A stretch of 64,000 nucleotides of DNA. Source: Tubulanus polymorphus (Eukaryota > Animalia > Nemertea). The notes below the pieces were generated by a model. The model saw only the letters and a list, made by a program, of their open reading frames with translations, ran no database searches and was not told where the DNA came from. Made by a program: the position numbers and the translations under genes. Positions 12,311 to 24,400 of the stretch are shown in pieces; position 1 is the stretch's first letter, and each line of letters begins with the position of its first letter. The stretch is from contig NC_134036.1 of assembly GCF_964204645.1 (NCBI RefSeq), forward strand, positions 4,804,600 to 4,868,599. The letters run 5' to 3'.

Positions 12311-13027
12311 CACCACTATATAAAGGACAGTTCAAGTGAAAAACTTATCAGAATGAGCAAGGTGCATTTAGGCGCCAATGAATTAAAATCGATTATATCC
12401 ATTACTAATTCAATTAGGTCTAAACTGGTCAACCATCTAGGATAGGGGGTCGATCCTGACTGAAGAATCTTCTTTCAACAAAAAGCTGCCAGAAAACATT
12501 CGGTTGCCCACTGAACATTTTGAAGAATTCCGAATGCCTTTTTGAGTCTTTAAGCAACCAACTTGAAAAATTGCCGATTGTGGCATTTTGTAAGAATATC
12601 TTTTGTCTTCAACATACAAACTTCAAGTATGACCCAGTTTCTAAACTCTTGGATAAATATGAGACACAATTTTTAGAATTTGAGGGGCCAAGGGCGAACA
12701 CTCAGAATTTAATGGATTTTGTACCCTCAAAAGGGATTTTGGAATTTGAGAGGTTTCTGAGGGGCTGCAGGAACCATGTGATACCAGTTACTTAGAATAC
12801 CATGTCGGTGTCTTACGATTCGTCTCGAATCCCGAAAATGCACCAGTACCGTACGCGATACACTTGCCACAGCTGGATCGCTACCGTAAAATAGTGAACG
12901 GTTCGTTGAATGTACACATTATATAGGCAGGTATAAGACCGTACATATCTAAACGATGTAAGGACATTGGACCACCGTAAATATATTTTATGTTTATATG
13001 TTTATATGGAGACACTGTTGCATAAAA

Positions 13028-13172
13028 GGCCAGGTACCCCACATACCCCTGGGTGGAGAGAGGCAATGAGGATAAGTGTTATGCGCCCGCGGACATAACG
13101 GTTATGTACGGGGTTCGACCCCACGACCTGGCCTACCACAGTCGAACGCTATAACCGCTTTTCTAAGACATC
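13028..13172 (-). mobile_element. tRNA-derived SINE remnant (Nin/Deu-domain-like)
   Basis: Minus strand shows a degenerate A box (tagaaaagcggt) and B box (gggtcgaaccc), followed by cacttatcctcattgcctctctccacccaggggtat..gggtacctgg, which I recognise as the conserved central domain of Nin/Deu-type SINEs. Confidence 0.65.
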
Positions 13173-13251
13173 GATAAGATTTAAGTAAGTTCGCTAGTTT
13201 CGTAGTAGTCAGATTGGTGTGCTCGATACACACGCAGTACGACGACCAAAG

Positions 13252-13307
13252 GTTCAAATAATTGCACATGGATATCTACGATGCGTAAAACCACCAGCTG
13301 AAATTGT

Positions 13308-13406
<99 letters not shown>

Positions 13407-13593
13407 TGATGGTAATTACTGGGGAATAGATAACCTCGAGTATCTACGACGACGAAAGCTTCAAAATAGCTAAAATTCAATAGCTAAGTTCAAAATAATT
13501 GGACATGGATATCTACGATGCGTAAAACCACGAGCTGAAATTGTTGCACATATATATACTGATGGTAATTACTGGGAAATAGATACCATCGAG
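13252..13593 (+). repeat. Local direct duplication (two ~100-bp units, ~13252-13440 and ~13488-13593) of the array's upstream motif block
   Basis: Both units read ataattg(c/g)acatggatatctacgatgcgtaaaaccac..gctgaaattgttgca..(ta)n..ctgatggtaattactggg..atagata. Confidence 0.9.
13311..13405. repeat. (AT)n microsatellite, 95 bp
   Basis: Perfect AT run seen directly. Confidence 0.99.
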
Positions 13594-13820
13594 TCAGGGA
13601 AAACTTGAAGTAATGACTACACGAGTAATTGATACCAAAATCGCCTTTGCCAAAATATGATGGACTGAAAAATTTATTCGAAACCTTGAATTGCTGAGCG
13701 GTACAAACATTTGATTTCTGTAGTCACCTATGCAAAGTTCTACATCATTTATAAACAGAACTTCAAAATATGTGGACAGCCGAGCATAATTTGTATATTT
13801 AAAGGAATTGAATCGTGTCG

Positions 13821-16800
13821 ATGTTGTTCGGTATGGAGCAGCGACTGAGAGCGCTGTTAATATCGTCGCTGATCGTCTGTCAAGTTGGCATCGCGCGCGC
13901 TGATCGCGCAGATTCTATCGAGGAATCGTCTGTGACGGTAAGTTCGTCTTGTAACAACACGTGGTACCCGCTAGATTCTACGTCCGGTTACATCGTATCA
14001 CCGAATTACCCTTCGTTAACGCGCGGTGTTGAATGTCGTTGGTTCTTCAACAGCTCTTTACCGGGAACTTTTCACGTCCAAGTTTACCACAACATCGAGC
14101 CGTCAATATTCTGTAGTGATAACTACCTTCTCGTCCACGAGTCTGATGACAGATTGTGCGGTGATGGAAAACATGAAATCCGCCGTAACGATTCGATCTC
14201 GTTGATATTTAGGAGTAACGTCGATGGTGCGCGAGGTAGTCGGGTTTATATCATATATCATTATGAACGAAGTCAAATTAATATTCTTCACGACTGTTCA
14301 AGGTACAATTTAATATTAAAGAGGCTAAAAGCTGAGCGGGGTTATGAATTCGCGATTCAAAAATTACGTAATTGCAAGTTGTTTGTTGAATGGAGCGGGA
14401 TGCCGCGAGGCTATGCGATGAATCTTACATTAATTGATATAGATTTCAAATCCTATCATGTTGGGGAGTCGTTAACGGTGGCCATAAGACTCCACGACGG
14501 ATGGAACACCGGTAGTGATCCTTTCGCTTTTATACCACAACAATCTGGACATCCACCTTCATCATTTTATACTAAAACTAACAAAGCTGTATTCGTTTTA
14601 CGGAAGATACATGTCCAGTTAAAGCTTTTAGTTCAGACGTATAGAATATCGGATTGGAACGTATCTAATCCGTTGATTCAGATCTCTAATAACGAGTCGG
14701 GAGTGCTCATTGCCGATGACAACAGTTTACACGTAATAACTCGATCGAAACACTTACACTGCTGGTCTATCACAGTGCAGGTGTTACAGTACGTCGTCTT
14801 CAACTGGACACGTGATCTCGTCACATCCGGTGACATCATCGGTGTATATAAACTAGAAGGGCTACACGTTGTGAGAACTGATATTTTATTAGGTTACAAC
14901 TACCTGGAATCGCTGAGTGTCAAAACTGACGGCTTTCTCGTCATACTGTGCGTTTTAAAAACAACAGTTCACGATGATGTAAGATTTGAAATAAGCTATA
15001 AATTGGAATCTATTTCGATAGACGATATCAAGGTCAACAACATTCGGGTGAGTATAACCTCTGTAATTATGTTACCCCTTATCGAAATAACATATATTAT
15101 CAAAAATCTGTCTGATAAACTTATTATTGGCGAACTTTAGGTACCCGTGAACCGAATGCGGTTTTTGATGCCATTCTGGCTGTTTCCGAAACAAAAAAAA
15201 GTATCGGTAAATTATCGCATCACTAGATACGAGTTTAAATGGAAAGTAGATATTAATGAAGAGAAAATGGGACTAACGGTTTTATCAGAGAACTGCGAGC
15301 GAGCTGGATTTTACATATTCGACGGTGGTAATTTCACGGCTAGACGATACGGTCCGTATTGTCCTCGTTTATACACCCCGTACGACCGTAACGTCGTCAG
15401 TCTGATTACATCCGGCGGGTCGGTTACTGTAGCAGAATACGCGTATAAGTGGAATGATCAGTTGACCGTCGATAAGGATTCACGCCTCAGATTTCGCCCT
15501 ACCGACTGCGACGGGTACATCCTCCGGGAGGGAGAACAGCGGGTCGATATGACGTCACACTGTCTCGTGATTACACCCGAAAACCGACGCCTTCCTTACA
15601 TCTACATATTATCAGAACACGAATATCAAATTGACCGATGTTTTCAGGGAGCTATACCATTCGGTTCATGTGGAACGTACGTTAGCTTGAGTAGTCAGTT
15701 GCTCAATAACAGTCTCGTATTAAACACTGTGAAAATGCGAGCCACGAGTTTATTCTGGAGGTATTATTTGATGGTTGAACTTCGGAGTAAATGTCAAAAA
15801 TTGAAATCTGCCGTTATAGAAATACTGGATGGGAGCGTATTCGAAGATGAATGCGGGTTGTTGCAATCACCAAATTATCCGGGATCATCTGAGTATCAAC
15901 ATCAACCACTATATTATAACTATCCTCAAGTGGTCAGACGGGGCAAATTTTCCTACCACCGGTTTCTAATCAAATACATAGACAGGGTACTGTGCACGAA
16001 ATCGGGTGTGAGTGACAAAGATCCGATTATCTACAAACAATCGATACATGAATCGCACAGTAGAAAAATCACACATGAGCATAGAATATGTGACAATAAC
16101 GCGATACCGGGACTTGTGTTTTATAGTTTAAGAGATGACAGTGTGTGGTTTGAGGTGAAACGTTATATCGCGACATTTCAAATACAATACACATTAGAAC
16201 AGTCGTTACCGGTAAAACAGTTTGAAAATGTCTGTAAATCAGGATTTCTAGATTCGGGAATTTCCTGCGTTAAATACATCAGAGATAAACGTCTGAATTG
16301 GGAGAAAGCTGAATTGTACTGTAGACAGAAGTACGCGGGACATCTACTCAGTATCAACTCAGAACAGGAAATGATTTCTATCAAACGATTATTCGCAACA
16401 GAACTTCTTCTAAATGCCTATTCACAGAAAGCGCTCATAATGATGATTGGATTAAAAATGAAGGTAAAATTCTTAATTTCTAAATCTATCTCGTTAAAAG
16501 AAATTTATATACCATTATGATGTTTTAATCATGAATTTGCCACTTAAACTTTTAGTCTACTTCTGGTTCTTACACGTGGACTGATGGGAAACCATTGAGC
16601 TACACGGAGTGGTATCAACCTACAAATAACGACACGATACCAGAAGTTATTCAAGGATTGATATCTCCTCTTAGAAAACAACCGATAAATGACGTCAATA
16701 TGCAGTGTACGGCGATGATACTGAATAATCCACGAGGATCAGCGAACTGGGTTCGATTCCCATGTGAAATCGAAGAGGTCCACACGAGTTTCATTTGCGA

Positions 16801-19798
16801 AACTGAAAGAATTGATATCGAAAATAGAACAGCATTAATGTTGAACATAACCAAAAACGACACATTTCTAATACGGGAAAATCCATTTCAAAATATTGAT
16901 TTCAATGAATCGAGCTGTACGTTTGGTTTGGTAACAATAGACAGACAATGCTATCAAATACTGACAGACTGGAACACACATCGAGGTCTTGATATAAAAA
17001 GTGCGACAGAGATGTGTAATGGCGTCCGGGCCGAAGTAGGTAGTATAAACAGTAATAGTGAAAAAGATATCTTAAATTTGATAACAACATTTCAATATCA
17101 ACATCAATATAGCTCTGTACTAACGATGACTTCTTATGACACACTGCAAGTTATAAACCCAATAATCAGCAGAGATGAAATTACTTATATTCAATCAGTT
17201 AAATGGATGATGAAACAGTTTGATAACGCAACAGATACAGCGCATTCTGTTTTGTGTTCATACAATGTAACTGTTGAAGAGTTAGCTTCTATAAGCGGTT
17301 GTAAATCGTGGCAGTTTAAATGTAACGATCAAAGATGTATCAGCGACCATCGCGTATGTGACACCAGACGCGACTGTCGACACGGCGAAGATGAACTGAG
17401 TTGTTCGCATATCAATTTACAAAGTCAGTTTCAATGCGATGATGGTCAGATTATATCAGTAAGTGGTTTCTGCGATTTCATACAGGATTGTGTGGATGGT
17501 TCTGATGAGAAATCTTGTTTTCATCCCCCATGTTTGTCTGAACAATTTCGCTGCAAAAGTGGTCAATGTTTCAGTAGGTCAAACAGATGTGATGGAGTCA
17601 CTGATTGTAAAGACGGATCAGATGAAATGGGATGCACTACTATAATGTGTCAGGGGTTCCTGTGTAACAGTGGAGACTGTATTAGTTCTCAGTTGTATCA
17701 GGATGGTGTCGTGGATTGTAGTGGAAGCCTCGAAGAAGATGAATTAGTAACAACTACTAATGTTTCAGTGAATCCTACTGTTCAGTGCAATAATGAAAAC
17801 TACTGCACAACTAACTTCACAAATCTCTGTACGGAATCAGATGAACAAAGATGTTCTTTCAATTCTCCTCATTGTTATTCAAGACGTCACAGGTGTATTC
17901 TAGAAAGAATGACAAATGGCTTCCCAGTTTGTCGAAATCTTGGGCACGTTTTGAGATGTGAAGAATTTGAATGTCCAGCTGGTACTGCAAAATGTCCAGC
18001 ATCGTACTGTATACCGATCAGACAGGTGTGCGATGGTCAATCAGATTGTCCTAATTCAGAAGATGAACAAAACTGCGAAACATTTTCGTGTCCAGGAATG
18101 TTTAAATGTGGTCAGGAAAATCGATGTATTCCACAATCTGAAGTTTGTGACGGTTTCGTCAATTGTAAACATACAACTGATGACGAGGCTTTCTGTAATG
18201 TCACGTGTCCGATGGGCTGTAGATGTCAAGGTCATTTGATTGATTGTGCCAATGCTGGTTTAAAAGATGTAACTGGTCTTTTCTCGACATCAAGTCGAGT
18301 TTTAATTCTGTCAAATAACAGAATCATTCTGAGCGAGTCGACGTTTGCTTCATTCGTTTATCTTCGAATGCTTAACAGCTCTTCCAATGAATTGTCTTAT
18401 ATTTTACCGAACTCGTTTACAAACCTGCATAATCTACATACATTAGATCTTACATACAACAACTTAACATCATTATCTACAAACACATTCATCGGGTTGT
18501 ATAATTTAAAAGAGTTATTGATAACTGAAAATCCTATACGCCATTTAGACGACAATACCTTTCAAGATTTAATGTCATTACAATTTCTGGACCTTCGAAG
18601 GCTTTCGGTTTTGCTGCTTGGTAGAGATGTATTTAGAGGTTTATCTGCATTACAGTCGTTGAATATCAGCAGCAACAGAATCCATCATATTTCACGATAT
18701 GCTTTTTCAGGATTAAATGAACTTAGAATTCTCGATATTACCAACAACTCTAAATTTATTTTGACAGAAAGAGGCGTTTTCGATAATCTAACATCATTAG
18801 TCTCGTTAACGTCTGATGCTTACAAATTTTGCTGCATGGCTCCGAATGTTGACCAGTGTCTTCCTGAAGCTGATCAATTTTCCTCTTGTTCTGATCTGAT
18901 GGGTAACACAGTCATCATCTGGGTCATCGCTTCATTCAGTTTCTTCGCGAACAGTATCGTCATTTTATTTCGTCTTCGATCAATTCGACTTTCATCCTCC
19001 GAGAAACGTAACACCTCTTCCGATATCTTAATCATTAATATCGCAGCTTGTGATTTTCTCATGTCGATTTATTTGTTTTTGATCGCGGGTGCGGATTACA
19101 TTTATAAAGAAGTTTATTTCCTAAATTCTGAAACTTGGACGGACAGTTCATTATGTAGTTTCGCTGGAGTTACGGTCGCTATTTCTTGTGAAGGCTCGTT
19201 GACGTTTCTATTCATTCTTACACGTCATAGATTCTCGAATATCGTTAACCCATTTTCTGGAAGCCCGATTACATCACCGAGATATGTGTCCTTTATTTGT
19301 GGCGTTTGTTGGGTTACTATAAGTACAATCTCTATAATACCGCTGTCTAAATTATCTTATTTCGGTATTAAATTCTACGGTACTACTGGAGTTTGTTCAC
19401 CTATGAATTTAATATCAATTGATGTCAACGCCTGGCAATATTCATTCGCTATTTTTTCCGTCTTCAACTCTGGTTTACTTGCTGCAATAATGGCGACTTA
19501 TGCGCAAATGTACCGACTCGTATCTGGAAGCAGGTCTGGTTCGGGTAGAATCGACCCTACCGAACTGGTTTTAGCACGTAGGAGTTTGGTGATTAATCTT
19601 TGTAATTTATTTTGCTGGCTGCCGTTAATTATCGTTCAGTTTTGCGCGGTATTACGGGTAGAAATACCGAATCAGGTGGCGGCTTGGCTGGCGGTTCTTT
19701 TCTTACCGATCAACTCGTCCCTCAGTCCCCTTCTTTACACAATACTGACTATCGATATGAAATCCATACGAGCAAAAACTAAACGCTTTCGGCAATAA
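13821..19798 (+). CDS. CUB/C-type-lectin/LDLa/LRR GPCR (GRL101-like LGR) copy 1, ~1930 aa
   Basis: Exons 13821-15047, 15141-16463, 16556-19798; phase-0 GT-AG introns of 93 and 92 nt. Signal peptide; CUB (GYIVSPNYP..ECRW..RLCG); CUB (CGLLQSPNYPG); CTL (LNWEKAELYC..GHLLSI..IGL|..YTWTDG..FICE); ~6 LDLa (e.g. CDGVTDCKDGSDE); LRRNT plus ~7 LRR; hinge YKFCC..FSSCSDLM; 7TM with CWLP. Confidence 0.92.
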
Positions 19799-21253
19799 AT
19801 GTTTCAAACAGTCTTAACGCATTGATCCGGCAAATATAATCGGGTTGTCCTATCTAAGCTCAAGAATTGTTATTTTTAATTGTACGTTCGAGTATTAAAG
19901 TTCACACATTTCACCCAAAATCATGCCCTCTCTGCAAGATGCGTCTGAAAACTATAGAAAATATTGGAATTTTAAACATGATATTAAACCTGAGCGAACG
20001 AAGTTATCAGAATATTTCTGAAATATAATCGGGCGTGGGTATTAACGACACGTGGAAACGATGGAACCGAAAATTACTTTTGAATTGGATAAGAAATGTC
20101 GTGCGAATATCAAATTGTCCAAAATTACCGTGAGATGTTGAACCTGTTATTTTTTATTTTACCTGCTAATTCGGGTTCATGAAAATAAAAGATGAATTGA
20201 CCTCGTAAATACTCGGCGCATCATTAGAGTTGTTAAAATTCTAAGCCGTCATGTTTGAAACATTTAACCGAATCCTTACTTTATATCTAATATAAGATAG
20301 CGAATATTTCGTTTCCTTTTAATCTCAATCGAATGCGAAATTTCGTTTTAAGAAAAAAAAATAATTCTTTTCACAATGCCCGGGGGAGTATAGAATTAAT
20401 TTCTATATCGCAAACAATTTCGTCTTGGATTCATCACTTTGACCGTTCGTACGCGTAACGTAAACATAATAAATAAGTCAAGAGATTTTTGGGCCTTTTC
20501 AATCAGTGTTGTTCATAAGTAACTTACTAAACGGTAAATTTCATTTTCATAGGAAATCGTTTTTTGCCCAGACTCGAGCTATCCACACGCCAGTCATCAA
20601 CTGGTGGATCTGTTTTCCAAAAATGAATAAATGTAAATACAGCCTACAAAGTAGTCTGCAGAACTGAATTGGATTGGAGAATGTTTAAGCAGAAAGTTAC
20701 CAATTATGTTTTTGGTCGAAAGAAAAACCCAGACGAATTTGACATAACATCCAACTATGATATATCCTATCGATTTCCAATGACAAACACGAACCCGCTG
20801 TTTTATTCCCGGTATGTTTGATTTCTTGGTTTTATAACTCATTAATCTAATTAACATTAAACAAACCGATCGAACGAGTAAGAAGGCAATACATATTTCA
20901 AGATCGAAAACTTAAAAACGCGGTTCGCGAATTCGCGAAAACGGCGCCTTACTAACGCGTAAAGTAACGCGCTGCGACTGGATTGAACACACGTCAGTCG
21001 CCGATTTTTAAAACGGTTAGAATCCTGAAACCATGCGATGCGTATAAACTGCGATTCCAATAATATTCATAAAGTCGAATTTTGTCGGAAGGTCGAGCGA
21101 AAATATATATTCGACTAGCTAATGAAATATTAATTTAAAAATAAAATAGGCAAACGAACGACACGGAATAATTGGGATATTTTTATATATAATTGGACAT
21201 GGATATTTACCGCGCCTAAAGGAAATGTGAAACGTGAAAATTGCTGCACAGAT

Positions 21254-21269
21254 TGATGGTAATTACTGG
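21254..21269 (+). promoter_or_regulatory. Invariant upstream motif TGATGGTAATTACTGG (representative copy)
   Basis: Identical at 13407, 13560, 21254, 28903, 36686, 44348, 51820, 59495; exactly 220 nt before the first ATG in copies 2-7; contains the palindrome GTAATTAC. Confidence 0.5.
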
Positions 21270-21473
21270 AGAACTCGTTCGAAAGTAATGTCAACGTTTG
21301 AAAATATATTTATACCCTGAATTTGCTGATTGCAGCAAATGAATTCTAAGAAATCTCAAATGCTCCATCATTAATGGAGAGAACTTGAAGATAGAAAGTA
21401 ATGTGAAAAGGCGATCAGTGATTGAAATAACAACTTTAGAATCTGGAATGAATTTCAACGTTGTGTCGTGTTG

Positions 21474-24400
21474 ATGTTGTTCGGTATGGAGCAGCGACTG
21501 AGAGCGCTGTTTATAGCGTCGCTGATCGTCTGTCGAGTTCGCATCGCACGCGCTGATCGCGCAGACTCTATCGAGGAATCGTCTGTGACGGTAAGTTCGT
21601 CTTGTAACAACACGTGGTACCCGCTAGATTCTACGTCCGGTTACATCGTTTCACCAAATTACCCTTCGTTAACGCGCGGCGTTGAATGTCGTTGGTTCAT
21701 CAACAGTTCTTTTACGGGGACTTTTCACGTCCAAGTTTACTACGATATTGGGCTTTCAATATTCTGTAGTGATAACTACCTTCTTGTTTACGAGTCTGAA
21801 AATAGATTGTGCGGTGTTGGTAAACATGAAATCCGCCGTAACGATTCGATCTCGTTGATGTTTAGGTGTAACGTCGATGGTGCGCGAGGTAGTCCGGTTT
21901 ATGTCATATATAGTTATGAACGAAGCCGATTGAAAATCAGTCACGACTGTTTAAGACACAATATAAGATTGGGGAGGCTAAAAGCTGAGCAGGGTTACAA
22001 ATACACCGTAGGAAAAATAAAGAATTGCCAGTTATTTGTTGAATGGAGCGGCATGCCGCGAGGTTATGCGTTGAATCTAACATTTATTGATACAACTTTT
22101 AGATTCTATTATGGTTGGAAATCATTGTCGGTAACCATGAAAATACACGACGGTTGGAACACCAGCAATGAACCTTTAGCGCATATACCATACCAATCTG
22201 GACATCCAGCATCATCATTTTATACAAAAACAAACAAAGCTGTTTTGGTGTCACTGCTGACACATCTACAGTCACTGCTTTTAGTACAGACGTATAGAAT
22301 ATCTGATTGGAACGTCTCTAATCCGTTGATTCAGGTTTCTAATAACGAGTCGGGAGTGATCGTTCCCGATGACAACAGTTTACACGTAATAACACGATCA
22401 AAACACTTACACTGCTGGTCTATCACAGTGCAGGTGTTACAGTACGTCCTCTTCAACTGGACACGTGATCTCATCACATCCGGTGACGTCATCGGTGTAT
22501 ATAAACAAGAAGGGTTACGCGTTGTAGGAACTGCTATTTCACTCGGTAACAACTACCTGGAATCGCTGAGTGTCAAATCTGAAGGCTTTCTCGTCATACT
22601 GTGCATTTTGAGAGCAGGCGTCCGCAAAAATGCGAGATTTGAAATAAACTATAAGATTGAATCTATTTCGATAGATGATTTAAAGGTCATCGACCGTGAG
22701 GTGAGTATCACCTGTGAAATAATTTTACCTCGTATTGAAATAAACTGAAATTATTAAAAATAAAAACTGTCTGATATACTCGAAATATTGGCTAAATCTA
22801 GGTACCGGTGAACCAGATGTTTTTTAAGACGCCGTTCACGCTGTTTCCAAAACGAATGAAAATCGTTGTGAATTATCGCGTCAGTAGATATGAGTTTAAA
22901 TGGAAAGTGGATATCTATGAAGAAAATATGGAACTAACAGTTTTGTCAGAGAACTGCGAGCGAGCTGGATTTTACATATACGACGGCGGTAATTTCACGG
23001 CTAGACGATACGGTCCGTATTGTCCTCGTTTATGGACATACAACCATAACGTGGTCAGTCTGATTACATCAGGTGGATCGGTTACTGTAGTAGGATACGC
23101 TTATAACTGGGATGATCAGTTAACAGTCGGTAAAATATCATATCTCAGATTTCGTCCTACCGACTGTGACGGGTACGTTTTAAAGGAGGGAGAACGTCAG
23201 ACCAATATGACGTCACACTGTCTCGTGATTACGCCGGAAAATCGACACCTTCCTTTGAGAAATATTAATATATTATCAGAACACGAATATCAAATTGACC
23301 GATGTTTTCAGGAACATCTATCTTTTGGTTCTTGTAGCAGGTATCTGCGATTGAGTAGTCAGGTTCTTAATAACGGCCTCGTTTTAAACACTGTGAAAAC
23401 ACGTGTGACGAATGTATTCTGGTTTTATCCCTTATTAGTTAAACTACGACGTAAATGTCAACGATCGAAGATAGTGGCAGGCGTTATTGGCCAGACACCA
23501 TTGAATGATAATTGCGGAATCATTCAGTCACCAAACTACCCGGGATCAGCAGGGCAAACCAGGGAAACATTAACATATTATTTTCCATCAAAAAAAACTC
23601 GACGAATTCAGTATTACAGATTTGTGATAAAACATTTAGAAAAGATACGATGTGAGAAATCGCATCCTTTAGACAAGGACCCGATTTTAATAAAGCAACC
23701 CATTGCTGATACAACTAGCGATCAAACACATCAACACGAAAATAGAATATGTGACGATAACGCGATACCGGGACTTGTATTCTATAGTTTAAGAGATCAC
23801 AACCTGTGGTTTGAGTTGAAAAATTACATACCTACATTTCAAATACAATACATATTAGAACAGTCGTTGCCGATAAAACAGTTTAAAAATGTCTGTCAAT
23901 CGGGATTTCTAGATTCGGGAATTTCATGCGTAAAACACATCAGTGATAACCGTCTGAATTGGGAGAATGCTGAATTGTATTGTAGACAGAAATACGCGGG
24001 ACATCTACTCAGTATCAACTCACAACAGGAAATGATTAACATTAAAACATTATTCGCTACCGAACTTCTTAAACAGGCATATTCACAGAAAGCGCTCGTA
24101 ATAATGACTGCAATGAAACTACAGGTAAACTTTACCATAAACTCGTAAGAAAGTTTGTATGTAAGATATTGATGTTATTTTTAATCACGTGTTTGCAACT
24201 TAATTTTTCAGCCCGTTTCTGGTTATTACACGTGGACGGATGGTAAACCATTGAGCTACACAGAGTGGTATAAACCTACAAATAACGACACGATACCAGA
24301 AGTTATTCAAGGATTGATATCTCCTCTCAGAAAACAACCGATAAATGACGTCAATATGCCGTGTACGGCGATGATACTGAATAATCCACGAGGATCAGCG

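Noticed and set aside
13181-13480. ORFs with YIYIYI tracts on both strands
   Set aside because: Translation of the (AT)n microsatellite
15138-15146. Stop-codon readthrough or recoding joining ORF 13815-15140 to ORF 15147-16520 (same frame, single TAG)
   Set aside because: The TAG is the splice acceptor; the homologous interval is 101 or 89 nt (out of frame) in the other copies and always has GT...AG ends
13815-19798. Three-gene operon-like cassette with GTG/TTG starts, as the ORF track suggests
   Set aside because: Eukaryotic locus; conserved phase-0 splice sites in all seven units join the ORFs, and the lectin domain is continuous across intron 2
20597-21060. Short spacer ORFs repeated between units
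   Set aside because: Frames are not preserved between spacers (indels, shifting starts and stops), consistent with non-coding DNA
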